Origin: a bacterium
Lineage (GTDB): Bacteria; Krumholzibacteriota; Krumholzibacteriia; LZORAL124-64-63
Assembly: GCA_016706845.1 (NCBI GenBank)
Contig: JADJIV010000004.1
Span: forward strand, 47,727 to 111,726
Length of the DNA: 64,000 nt
Reading direction: 5' to 3'
Shown here: positions 1 through 8,271 of the stretch, piece after piece
Layout: every line of letters begins with the position of its first letter
Position numbering within the stretch: position 1 is the first letter of the stretch
Program-made: the position numbers and the translations under genes
The notes under the pieces: model-generated
The model's input: the letters and a program-made list of their open reading frames with translations, nothing else
The model's database searches: none
Told to the model about the DNA's origin: nothing

Positions 1-359
1 TCGTGGCCGATGCGCACCGGCAGCAGGGTCACGTTGCTGCCGATCGAGGCGCGGTCCTCGATGGTCGTGGACTTCCACTTCTCCTTCTCGGGCTGAGGCG
101 GCATCGTGTCGTTGATGAACATGACGCCGTGGCCGACGAACACGTCGTCGCCGATGGTCACCAGCTCGCAGACGAAGGTGTGGCTCTGGACGCGCGTGCG
201 GTCGCCCACCTTGACGCCGTTCTGCAGCTCGACGAAGGTGCCGATCATGCTGTCGCGGCCCACCTCGCACTCGTACATGTTGACGAAGTTCCAGATCTTG
301 GTGCCCTCGCCGATCTTGCAGTTGCGGATGATCTGCTTGTCGTTCACGGGGTAGCTCAT
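1..359 (-). CDS. Hexapeptide-repeat acyltransferase (WbpD/FdtC-like sugar N-acetyltransferase), runs off the window start
   Basis: Hand translation: MSYPVNDKQIIRNCKIGEGTKIWNFVNMYECEVGRDSMIGTFVELQNGVKVGDRTRVQSHTFVCELVTIGDDVFVGHGVMFIND; left-handed beta-helix hexapeptides; AAGGAG RBS before ATG at 359. Absent from the ORF track because it has no stop in the window. Confidence 0.85.
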   Translation of the reverse strand, partial: MSYPVNDKQIIRNCKIGEGTKIWNFVNMYECEVGRDSMIGTFVELQNGVKVGDRTRVQSHTFVCELVTIGDDVFVGHGVMFINDTMPPQPEKEKWKSTTIEDRASIGSNVTLLPVRIGH

Positions 360-396
360 CGCCTCTCCTTGGTTGCGGACGTGGTGGTGACGTCGA

Positions 397-1521
397 CTAG
401 ACGGAAGCGTCGCCGCCCCCGGCGGGCAGACGCAGCAGTTCGCGGAAATGCGCTTCGACCTCGTCGAGCATCCGGCGGCTCGAGTACAGTTCGCCGGCCC
501 GCCGCCGGCCCGCGTCGGCCAGGCGCGCGGCCAGCGCCGCGTCGCCGAGCAGGGACGCGACGGCCCCGCGCCAGCCCTCCCCGTCGTCGGGGTCGCGCAG
601 CAGGCCCGCCTCGCCGTCCGGCACGATCTCCGGCAGGTTGCTCGCCCGCGCGACGACGACCGGCTTGCCGGCGGCCATCGCCTCGACCACGGCGTAGCCG
701 AAACCCTCGCGCCGCGCCGGGTGGCAGAAGACGTCGAGCCCCTGCAGCATGCGGGGCACGTCCTCGCGGAAGCCGAGCAGATGCAGGGCGTCCCCGGCGC
801 CGGCCTCGCGGGCGGCCGCCAGCAGGGTCGCCCGCTCCGGCCCCTCGCCGACGATCCACAGCTGCAGGTCGGGATAAGCCGCGCGCAGGGCGCCGAGCTG
901 CTGCACGACCACGAGGTGGTTCTTGCGCGCCGTCAGCTCGCCGACCATCCCGAGCACCGGCGTCCGCGGCCCGGCGCCGGCCTCGGCGCGCACCGCGGCG
1001 CGCGCGGCGGGGTCCGGGGCGTAGCGCCCGATGTCGATCCCGTTGGCGATGACGCGGACCTTGCCCGCGGGCAGCCAGGGGGCGCTCGCCAGCAGGGTGT
1101 CGCGGGTGGCCTGCGAGTTGGCGATGACGCCCGTGGCGACCCGCAGGTACGCGAACCGGTGCGAGACCTTGCCCCCGAGCGGGGACTCGCTGCCGCGCCG
1201 CGGCACGACCGCCGCGCCGGCCAGCCGCGCGGCCGGCCCCGCGACGCGCAGCACCTTGTCCATGTTCAGGCAGAGCAGGTCGATCCGCCGGCGCCGGCAC
1301 AGCCGCCAGTAGCGCCAGGAGAGCAGCGGGTCCAGGTCGCCGTGGAAGACCAGTTCGGTCACCGCGAGCCCCGCTTCCCCGCCCCGGCGCGCCAGTTCGC
1401 TGCCGCGGGCGCACGCCAGCTCGACGTGGTGGCCCCGGTCGCGCAGCCCGAGGGCGGTCGACAGCATCCAGTGCTCGCCGCCCCCCCACTCGCCCAGGCA
1501 ACTGCTGAACAGGATCCTCAC
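397..1521 (-). CDS. Glycosyltransferase family 4 (GT-B)
   Basis: N-terminal GGGE motif; C-terminal DVFCHPARREGFGYAVVEAMAAGKPVV (EX7E). Confidence 0.9.
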   Translation of the reverse strand: MRILFSSCLGEWGGGEHWMLSTALGLRDRGHHVELACARGSELARRGGEAGLAVTELVFHGDLDPLLSWRYWRLCRRRRIDLLCLNMDKVLRVAGPAARLAGAAVVPRRGSESPLGGKVSHRFAYLRVATGVIANSQATRDTLLASAPWLPAGKVRVIANGIDIGRYAPDPAARAAVRAEAGAGPRTPVLGMVGELTARKNHLVVVQQLGALRAAYPDLQLWIVGEGPERATLLAAAREAGAGDALHLLGFREDVPRMLQGLDVFCHPARREGFGYAVVEAMAAGKPVVVARASNLPEIVPDGEAGLLRDPDDGEGWRGAVASLLGDAALAARLADAGRRRAGELYSSRRMLDEVEAHFRELLRLPAGGGDASV

Positions 1522-1579
1522 GGGTCGCGCCTCGGACGTCCTGGGGCCCGCTCGTCGCGCCGGTGCGGCGCACCCACGA

Positions 1580-2467
1580 ATGAAACTTGTAATTCTTTAT
1601 TATTCAACGAGAATATTCCCTGAACGGCACTTCGGCGAGAACGGCCACCCGAGACGAGGCGCGACCCTGGACACCCTGGCGGCATTCCTGATCGTCAAGA
1701 ACGAGGAGCGGCTGCTGCCGCGCTGCCTGGCCAGCCTCGCGGGGCTGGTCGACGAGCTGGTCGTGCTGGACACCGGCAGCGACGACGGCACGCCCGGCAT
1801 CATCGCCGCCGCCGCCGCGGGCGGCGCCTTCCCCCGGGTCGTCGCCGACCGCATCGAGTTCCGCGGCTTCGGCGAGGCCTGGCAGGCGGCGCTGGACCGC
1901 GTGACCGCCGACTGGGCGCTGTGCATCGCCGCCGACGAGGAGCTGTCGCCCGCCCTGCGCGACCGGCTGCGCGGGTTGAAGGCCGCGGGCGGCCTCGGCG
2001 GGCACGACGGCTGGCAGCTGCACCGCGTCAACACCGTGCTGGGCCGGCGCATGCGCGCGCGCTGCCTGGCCCGCGACCACACCCTGCGCCTGGTCCGGCG
2101 CGGGCGGGCGCGCTTCACCCCCTCGCTGGTCCACGAGAGCCTGCAGCTCGCTCCGGGCGCCACGACGGGGCGGATCGAAGCGCCGCTGCTGCACGCGGCG
2201 ATGGACGACTGGCGCGCCTACCTGCGCAAGGTGGACCACTACACCACGCTGGACGCCCTGGGCGACAAGTACCGCTTCCGCTGGTGGCACCTGCTGACCA
2301 CGGGTCCGGCCACCTTCTGGCGCCAGTACGTGATGCGCACCGGCTTCGTGGACGGCTGGCCCGGCTTCGTCTGGTCGGCGACCTCGGCGATCGGCGCCGT
2401 CATGCGCGACTGGAAACTGCTGCGCCGGACGCGGGGCCGCGTTGACGCCGCCACCCGCGGCGGGTAG
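1580..2467 (+). CDS. Glycosyltransferase family 2 (LPS core glucosyltransferase-like); true start probably near 1660-1680
   Basis: LIVKNEERLLPRCLASL, VVLDTGSDDGT, IAADEE (DxD-like), VHE and KVDHYTTL motifs. The first ~30 codons lie in an AT-rich promoter-like stretch. Confidence 0.8.
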   Translation: MKLVILYYSTRIFPERHFGENGHPRRGATLDTLAAFLIVKNEERLLPRCLASLAGLVDELVVLDTGSDDGTPGIIAAAAAGGAFPRVVADRIEFRGFGEAWQAALDRVTADWALCIAADEELSPALRDRLRGLKAAGGLGGHDGWQLHRVNTVLGRRMRARCLARDHTLRLVRRGRARFTPSLVHESLQLAPGATTGRIEAPLLHAAMDDWRAYLRKVDHYTTLDALGDKYRFRWWHLLTTGPATFWRQYVMRTGFVDGWPGFVWSATSAIGAVMRDWKLLRRTRGRVDAATRGG

Positions 2468-2507
2468 AGTCGCACCCGACGCAACGACCCGCATCCCGGG
2501 AGGGACC

Positions 2508-3476
2508 ATGGGCAGGATCATCGTGACCGGCGGCGCCGGCTTCATCGGCGCCAACGTCGTGCGGGGGCTCAACGCCCGCGGGATCGACGACATCGTGGTC
2601 GTGGACCGGCTGCGCGACGGCGCCAAGTGGCGCAACCTGCTGGGCCTGCGCGTCGAGGACGTCGTGGACAAGGACGACTTCCGGCTGGACGTGCGCGAGG
2701 GCGCGCTCGCCGCCGACATCGACGCCGTGATCCATCTGGGCGCCTGCAGCAGCACCACCGAGACCGACGCCGACTACCTCCTGGACAACAACTACCGCTA
2801 CAGCCGCGAGCTCTGCGAGTGGTGCCTCGAGGAGGGGATCCGCTTCGTCTACGCCAGCAGCGCCGCCACCTACGGCGACGGCGCGCTCGGCTACAGCGAC
2901 CAGGACGCCGCGACGCCCGGGCTCGCGCCGCTGAACATGTACGGCTTCTCCAAGCACCTGTTCGACCTCTGGGCGCTGCGCAGCGGCCGCCTGGACCGGA
3001 TCGCCGGCCTGAAGTTCTTCAACGTCTACGGCCCGCACGAGGACCACAAGGGCGACATGCGCTCGGTCGTCCACAAGGCCCACGGCCAGATCCTCGCCAA
3101 GGGACGGGTCGAGCTGTTCCGGTCCTACCGGCCGGAATTTCCCGACGGCGGCCAGGTGCGCGACTTCGTGGACGTGCGCGACGCCGTGGCGGTCGTGCTG
3201 TGGCTGCTCGACAACCCCGCGGTCAACGGCCTGTTCAACTGCGGCACCGGCGAGGCGCGCAGCTGGAACGACCTGGCGACCGCCGTCTTCGCGGCCCTGG
3301 GCCGCGAACCCCGCCTCGACTACATCGAGATGCCCGACCACCTGCGCGGCAAGTACCAGTACCACACCCAGGCCGACCTCGCGAAGCTGCGCCGCGCCGG
3401 CTACGACCGCCCCTTCACCCGCCTCGAGGACGGCGTCCGCGACTACGTCCAGGGCCACCTGTCACCGCAGACATGA
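2508..3476 (+). CDS. hldD: ADP-L-glycero-D-manno-heptose 6-epimerase
   Basis: IIVTGGAGFIGAN, HLGACSSTTE, YASSAATYG, PLNMYGFSK (YxxxK), FFNVYGPHEDHKGDMRS, KYQYHTQAD; GGAGGG RBS before ATG 2508. Confidence 0.93.
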   Translation: MGRIIVTGGAGFIGANVVRGLNARGIDDIVVVDRLRDGAKWRNLLGLRVEDVVDKDDFRLDVREGALAADIDAVIHLGACSSTTETDADYLLDNNYRYSRELCEWCLEEGIRFVYASSAATYGDGALGYSDQDAATPGLAPLNMYGFSKHLFDLWALRSGRLDRIAGLKFFNVYGPHEDHKGDMRSVVHKAHGQILAKGRVELFRSYRPEFPDGGQVRDFVDVRDAVAVVLWLLDNPAVNGLFNCGTGEARSWNDLATAVFAALGREPRLDYIEMPDHLRGKYQYHTQADLAKLRRAGYDRPFTRLEDGVRDYVQGHLSPQT

Positions 3477-3524
3477 GCTGATCCCCTGCAAGCCGCGACC
3501 TCGCCGGTGATCCCCCCTCGAAAG

Positions 3525-3651
3525 CGCACATCCTGCCGTGACAGGGGTGTCCTGCAGGCCCTGGAGCCAGGATGGCGAAAGGGCCGGAAGGCCAAGCGCT
3601 CCGGGCACACGAGGTGCCCGGAGCGCGTCCCCTGTCACGGCAGGATGTGCG
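3525..3651. repeat. 23-bp perfect inverted repeat enclosing nested hairpins, between convergent genes
   Basis: cgcacatcctgccgtgacagggg (3525-3547) / cccctgtcacggcaggatgtgcg (3629-3651); inner 13-bp stem 3596-3608/3614-3626; ggcc-GGAA-ggcc at 3582-3593. Confidence 0.8.
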
Positions 3652-3666
3652 GACCCTGGTCGCATC

Positions 3667-4361
3667 TCACTCCCATAGAGGGATTTGACCTCGCCGAAGC
3701 TAAGGTTCTCGGTCGGGACCGTGCAGTCCACGACGCAGATGGCGCCGGCGATCGGCTCCAGCCTGTAGGTGCCGAAGCTGTACGCCAGCATCCCCGTCGC
3801 GCAGTCGTAGCAGTGGCCCAGCTGGACGCTCGTGTCGTCGTACCAGTAGTCGTCCATCCACAGGAACTGGCCGGGCGCCTCGTAGGACTCCACCTGCCAC
3901 TCGCCGTAGGCATTCGGCGCGTTCACCACGATCATGCCGTCGGTCACCATGATGAAGCAGCTCTCGTAGGCCTCGCCGTTGACGGCGAGCTCGGTCACGG
4001 TGACCGGCAGCGGGTAGATGGCGCCCATGTGCTCGCCCAGCACCGTGACGTAGCCGTTGGGGTCGGTGGAGACGTTGATCTCGGTGAAGTCGTAGTACTC
4101 CTCGTAGAGTCCGGCGACATCCACGAGATCGCCCACCGCGACGCCGGGGGCGGCGCTGGTGAAGACCCAGACGCCCGCGTAGGCGGCGTTCGGGTCCTCG
4201 GTCATGAAGAAGCCGTTGTAGCGGACGCCGGTGACCACGGCGCCGTCGACCACGATCTGGCTGCCGACGGTGAAGGCGCCCATCTGCAGGTCGATGATGG
4301 TTCCGGCGAACGCGGGCCCGGCGGCCAGCAGCAGCAGCACGGTAGCAAGCAGCTTCATCAC
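3667..4361 (-). CDS. Secreted OB-fold protein (YhcR/ExeM-like N-terminal domains) with short C-terminal tag; paralogue of 4572..5249
   Basis: Signal peptide MMKLLATVLLLLAAGPAFA; GVWVFTSAAPGVAVGDLVDVAGLYEEYYDFTEI; ends ENLSFGEVKSLYG. One extra G in the run at 3672-3674 gives LYGE-stop at 3667 and a length matching the paralogue, so the track's tail to 3462 is probably artefact. Confidence 0.75.
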
Positions 4362-4518
4362 GACAACCTTTCGTCGAAGTGGAGGCCTCCGTGGGCGCGC
4401 GAGGCGGCCCAGGATGTGGGGAAGCCGACCTGCCCGGATCCTAGCACGGATCGGGATGATTCTGCAAACGACCCGTCGAAATGGTGGCGATTTTCACGGA
4501 TGCGACGGATGGACGCAG

Positions 4519-4548
4519 AAAGGGACCGCCGTGACCGGCGGTCCCCTT
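4519..4548 (-). terminator. Intrinsic terminator after the 4572..5249 gene
   Basis: 10-bp stem gggaccgccg/cggcggtccc, 4-nt loop, followed by UUU on the minus strand. Confidence 0.65.
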
Positions 4549-4571
4549 CCCCAGCTCAGGAGCAGGCAGGC

Positions 4572-5249
4572 TTAGCGGTAGAGCGCCTTCAGCGAACCGA
4601 AGCTGAGGTCCTCGTTGGCGACCGTGCAGTCGGTGTCCGCGGTCGTGAAGACCTTGAAGATCCACATGTCGCCGAACCACTGGTACATGCCGTAGGCGTT
4701 GTTGTAGCAGTCGCCCAGGTCGACCGTGGCGTAGTCGTAGAAGTAGTCGTCGAAGATCACGCTCAGGCCGGTCTCGACCGAATCGGCGCGCCACATGCCC
4801 TCGGGCAGCAGCTCCTGGACGATCAGGCCGTCGGTGATGGTCACGACGTGGCTCTCCCAAGCCTCGGGATTGGCCTGCAGCTGGGTCGTGGTCAGCTGGA
4901 GGTTCGGCACCGGGCTGGAGCCGGTGGCCGTGGCGTGGGCGTCGCCGGGGTAGAGCAGGTTGATCTCGTCGCGGCCGTAGAAGCTGCGGGTCAGACCCTT
5001 GACCTCCACGACGTCGCCGACGGCGACCGCGGGCACGGCGCCGACGTAGACCCAGATGGCCGTGTAGGGTCCGGCGGGCAGCTCGGTCATCGTGAAGCTG
5101 CTGTTCTGGACAGCGGTCACCACGGCGCCTTCGACCAGGACCACGCTGCCGTCGGGGATCACGCCGGTGCGGATGTCGTTGATGACGCCGGCCTGCGCGA
5201 CGGCCGCGAGGCACAGGATCAGGAGGGATGCGATCACAAGCTGCTTCAT
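4572..5249 (-). CDS. Secreted OB-fold protein (YhcR/ExeM-like N-terminal domains) with short C-terminal tag
   Basis: AGGAG RBS before ATG 5249; signal peptide MKQLVIASLLILCLAAVAQA; AIWVYVGAVPAVAVGDVVEVKGLTRSFYGRDEI; ends NEDLSFGSLKALYR-stop. Confidence 0.85.
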   Translation of the reverse strand: MKQLVIASLLILCLAAVAQAGVINDIRTGVIPDGSVVLVEGAVVTAVQNSSFTMTELPAGPYTAIWVYVGAVPAVAVGDVVEVKGLTRSFYGRDEINLLYPGDAHATATGSSPVPNLQLTTTQLQANPEAWESHVVTITDGLIVQELLPEGMWRADSVETGLSVIFDDYFYDYATVDLGDCYNNAYGMYQWFGDMWIFKVFTTADTDCTVANEDLSFGSLKALYR

Positions 5250-5348
5250 AGTCTGTTCTCCTGTAGGCTGACGGCGGCGACCATCGCCGCACTTGGTGCT
5301 CCACCTCGCGTTCGCCGGATCCTGGGGAGACCCTTCGCGAACATCAAT

Positions 5349-5357
5349 ACTATAACA
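5349..5357 (-). promoter_or_regulatory. Extended -10 promoter candidate for the OB-fold genes
   Basis: TG-T-TATAGT on the minus strand within the AT-rich island 5345-5505. Confidence 0.4.
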
Positions 5358-5502
5358 CAAAAAGTAGAACTACGGCACAATATTTAATTGCATGATTCTT
5401 GGCCACCCACCATGCAGAATCCAATTATTCATTGAAATAAAATAACTTACAAGGATTCACGCAGCGCTGACATGGCTGTAAAAGGACCTAATCCGTCGCA
5501 AT

Positions 5503-5533
5503 AAAAAGCCCGGAGCCGCGTGGCTCCGGGCTT
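5503..5533 (-). terminator. Intrinsic terminator after rpsD
   Basis: aagcccggagcc / ggctccgggctt stem, 4-nt loop, U5 tract on the minus strand. Confidence 0.8.
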
Positions 5534-5554
5534 GTCGGGGGCGCAGGGCGCCGA

Positions 5555-6163
5555 TCAGCGCGAGTAGAACTCGATGACCAGCGGCACCTCGCAGAGCAGG
5601 GGCACCTCCGACCGCGGGGGGTCGTAGAGGAACTTCACGGTCATGGACTTCTTGTCGCGCTCCAGGTAGGGCGGCACCGTCTGCGACGTGTCCAGCGCGA
5701 TCTGGATGCAGTCGAGGTTGCGGCTCTTCTCGCGGATGCCGACGACCTGGTTGGGGCGCACGCGGTAGCTGGCGATGTTGACCTTGCGGCCGTCGACCAG
5801 GATGTGGCCGTGGCTCACGTACTGGCGCGCCGCGTAGATCGAGCGGGCCAGGCCGCCGCGCAGGACCACCGAATCCAGCCGCGACTCCAGCTCCTGCACC
5901 AGCGAGTTGACCATGTCGCCTTTGCGCGAGGCCTTCGCGTAGTAGTTGCGCAGCTGGCGCTCGTGGATGTTGTACTGGGCGCGCAGCTTCTGCTTCTCCA
6001 GCAGCTGGGTCTTGTACGGGGACATCTTGCGGCGCCGCATCTGCTGCAGCTTGCCGTGCTGTCCGGGCGGGTAGGGCTTGCGGTCCAGGTAGCGCTCCGC
6101 CTTCGGCGACAGGGGGATCCCCAGCGCTCGGGACTTCTTGATCTTCGATCCGGTGAACTTCAC
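5555..6163 (-). CDS. rpsD: 30S ribosomal protein S4 (zinc-motif-less form), monocistronic
   Basis: PYPPGQHG, QLLEKQKLRAQY, LESRLDSVVLR, ARQYVSHGHILVDGRKVNIASY, VIEFYSR; GTG start with GGAGG RBS. Confidence 0.95.
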   Translation of the reverse strand: MKFTGSKIKKSRALGIPLSPKAERYLDRKPYPPGQHGKLQQMRRRKMSPYKTQLLEKQKLRAQYNIHERQLRNYYAKASRKGDMVNSLVQELESRLDSVVLRGGLARSIYAARQYVSHGHILVDGRKVNIASYRVRPNQVVGIREKSRNLDCIQIALDTSQTVPPYLERDKKSMTVKFLYDPPRSEVPLLCEVPLVIEFYSR

Positions 6164-6331
6164 GTTACTGCCTCCAGGGCGTCTCGGGTTCGCGAAGGCC
6201 GTCGTGCGCGATCATGGGTCGATCGTCGATGGATTGACGGTGGCTTCACCTGCGGGCCGGCGGGCGTGGAGTCGGCCCCCGCGGGGCGCCGCTCGCACGC
6301 ATCCATCACCTAGGTCCGTATCGGCCCGGAA
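6164..6331 (-). ncRNA. Candidate structured rpsD 5' leader (possible S4 autoregulatory RNA)
   Basis: About 168 nt between the promoter and GTG; helices 6301-6307/6228-6234, 6292-6300/6264-6271 and 6239-6250. Confidence 0.35.
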
Positions 6332-6337
6332 CGGGCA

Positions 6338-6366
6338 AGAGTAGGCCTTTGACGCCGGGATGTCAA
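6338..6366 (-). promoter_or_regulatory. Sigma70-type promoter of rpsD
   Basis: TTGACA-N17-TACTCT on the minus strand. Confidence 0.65.
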
Positions 6367-6388
6367 GATGGGGGGGGCCGGCTGCGGA

Positions 6389-7132
6389 TCAGTCGAAGTC
6401 CCGGACCACACCCCTGAATTCGGGCAGGCGCGCCAGGCCGCGCAGCGCCTCGAGATCCTTCAGGATGACGCGTCGCCCCTTGACCTCGATCAGGGTCTGG
6501 TCCTGCATCTGCCGCAGGATGCGCGACAGGGAGGGCTGGTTCATGTTCAGCATGGTGGCGAGGTCGCGCTTGCGGGTCGGCAGTTCGACCTGGGCGGCGG
6601 TGACGTAGCCGGCGTAGGGGCTCTTCTCGTGGAGCCCCACCAGGTAGCGGGCCAGCCGCTGGGCGCCGTCGCAGAGGGTCAGCTCGTCGATCTTTTCGAT
6701 GAGCTGCTGCATCCAGCCCGCCATGACCTCCAGCACGTAGCCCTGCAGAGCGGGCTGCCGCGACATGCAGGCGAGGAACGGCTCGCGCGTGAAGCACAGC
6801 AGGGTGCTCGGCTTCAGGGCGATCGCCGTCACGGGGTGGCTCGCCATGAAGAGCGACGCCTCCCCGAACACGGCCTGCCGCTCGGCGAGGTGGACGATGT
6901 GCTCGCGGTAGCCGGGACCGGAACGGATCAGCTTGACCTGGCCGTCGCAGACGAAGTAGACGCCCTGCGGCCGGTCCCCCTCCTCGAACAGGGTGGCGCC
7001 GGCCGCGCACACCAGCGGCGCGGCCATCTCCAGCAGGGCCGCGCAGATCTCCGGCCCCACCTTCCGGCCGAACGGGCTGTCGGCCAGGTGTCCGGCGCAT
7101 TTGGCATCGACGGTCGAGTCCATGGGCTCCAT
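6389..7132 (-). CDS. Crp/Fnr family transcriptional regulator
   Basis: cNMP-binding domain (TLFEEGDRPQGVYFVCDGQVKL, VFGEASLF) plus HTH (LPTRKRDLATMLNMNQPSLSRILRQM). Start at 7132 or 7123. Confidence 0.9.
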   Translation of the reverse strand: MEPMDSTVDAKCAGHLADSPFGRKVGPEICAALLEMAAPLVCAAGATLFEEGDRPQGVYFVCDGQVKLIRSGPGYREHIVHLAERQAVFGEASLFMASHPVTAIALKPSTLLCFTREPFLACMSRQPALQGYVLEVMAGWMQQLIEKIDELTLCDGAQRLARYLVGLHEKSPYAGYVTAAQVELPTRKRDLATMLNMNQPSLSRILRQMQDQTLIEVKGRRVILKDLEALRGLARLPEFRGVVRDFD

Positions 7133-7278
7133 CTCCCCCCGGTCGGCGCGTGTCGGGGCTATCATCCCTCAAAAGCGGAGAGAATCAACCCCTTCGGTCG
7201 AACGGGGTCAAGGGACGGGGGCGCCGCCCGTACGGGCAACGCCCCCTGGTCGCGTTCGGCACGCTTCGCGAGCGTCGC

Positions 7279-8217
7279 TCAAACCCCCGCAGCGTGCTCC
7301 ACGCGGATGCTGACCGAACCGTCCATCTCCGAGCGCAGATCGGGCTTGGCCACGGCTTCGACCTTGATCCAGTCGTCGGAGAGCAGCATGCACCCGACCA
7401 GGAACTCGGCCACGACCTTGGCCCGGTCCTGGGCCAGCCGCTTGTTCTCGGCCTGCACCACGACCTTCAGCGGCGAGTAGGGGTGGTCCTTGCGGATCTG
7501 GTCCGCCGCGCGGGTCAGCCAGCCGCGACCGCTGTCGCGCAGGAGCGTGCCGCCCTTCTGGAAGACCTCGTCGCCGGTGAACTCGAGCCGGCGCTCGTTC
7601 TTCTCGCGGTAGTCCACGGCCGGGATGCGGAAGCTGATGCCGGCGTAGTTGTAGGTGTTGGTCCCCTTGTCGGTGACGCTGAAGACGTAGCTGTAGGGGT
7701 AGCCCACCTGCAGCATCTCGTTCAGGTCGCCGCGGCCGTCCCAGGCGACCTGGCCCGGCGGCTGGCCCTTGTCCTCGAAGTGCCGGAACGGGGCGCCCCG
7801 GAAGTCGGTCACCGTCAGGGCCCAGCGGCGGGCCTGGTGCCCCTCGGGGTCCTCCGGGAAGAACGTCACCACCGGCGGCTGCGCCGGATCGCGCAGCCAG
7901 CAGTGCGGCGCCTGGTCGCTGTGCAGGTCGCGGGGGTTGTTCAGGAAGGGCTGCAGGCCCTCGACCGGGCTGATCTCCAGGACCGCCTCGTCGAAGTCCG
8001 TGAAGAACGTGTCGATGATCGCGGCGCTGAGCGCGACCTCGAACGTGCTCTTGACGATGTCCTGCAGGACCTGGTTCTCGGCCTCCACGACCATCTCGGG
8101 CAGGCCCTGGTCGGGGACCGTCTCCTGTTCCGTCACGGCGGGGGCCGGGGCGCTGCCGAACAGGAGGCAGGCGCCCGCGGCGATGATCCGGAATCCCCTG
8201 AAGTCGTTGCGAGTCAT
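7279..8217 (-). CDS. Secreted protein: TonB-box-like segment, FlgD-like Ig domain, degenerate OmpA-like C-domain
   Basis: AAAGGA RBS before ATG 8217; signal peptide; PEMVVEA; RRWALTVTDFRG..VAWDGRG..YSYVFSVTD; C-terminal LAQDRAKVVAEFL. Confidence 0.72.
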   Translation of the reverse strand: MTRNDFRGFRIIAAGACLLFGSAPAPAVTEQETVPDQGLPEMVVEAENQVLQDIVKSTFEVALSAAIIDTFFTDFDEAVLEISPVEGLQPFLNNPRDLHSDQAPHCWLRDPAQPPVVTFFPEDPEGHQARRWALTVTDFRGAPFRHFEDKGQPPGQVAWDGRGDLNEMLQVGYPYSYVFSVTDKGTNTYNYAGISFRIPAVDYREKNERRLEFTGDEVFQKGGTLLRDSGRGWLTRAADQIRKDHPYSPLKVVVQAENKRLAQDRAKVVAEFLVGCMLLSDDWIKVEAVAKPDLRSEMDGSVSIRVEHAAGV

Positions 8218-8271
8218 GATGTGTGTCCTTTGACTCAGGTTCATCGGCTATGGAGTTGTCGGGGTTCCGCC

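Noticed and set aside
3575-3600. CCGGAAGG resembling SRP RNA helix 8
   Set aside because: The flanking CAGG/AGCA internal loop of 4.5S RNA is missing; it is a plain GNRA hairpin.
3462-3666. 70-aa tail after the tag of the first OB-fold protein
   Set aside because: Low-complexity, runs through the inverted repeat and overlaps hldD; a one-base homopolymer fix ends the gene at 3667, as in its paralogue.
6349-6366. TTGAC-N8-GTCAA palindrome as a site for the adjacent Crp/Fnr regulator
   Set aside because: Spacing does not fit Fnr (TTGAT-N4-ATCAA) or CRP (TGTGA-N6-TCACA) boxes, and one half is simply the rpsD -35 element.
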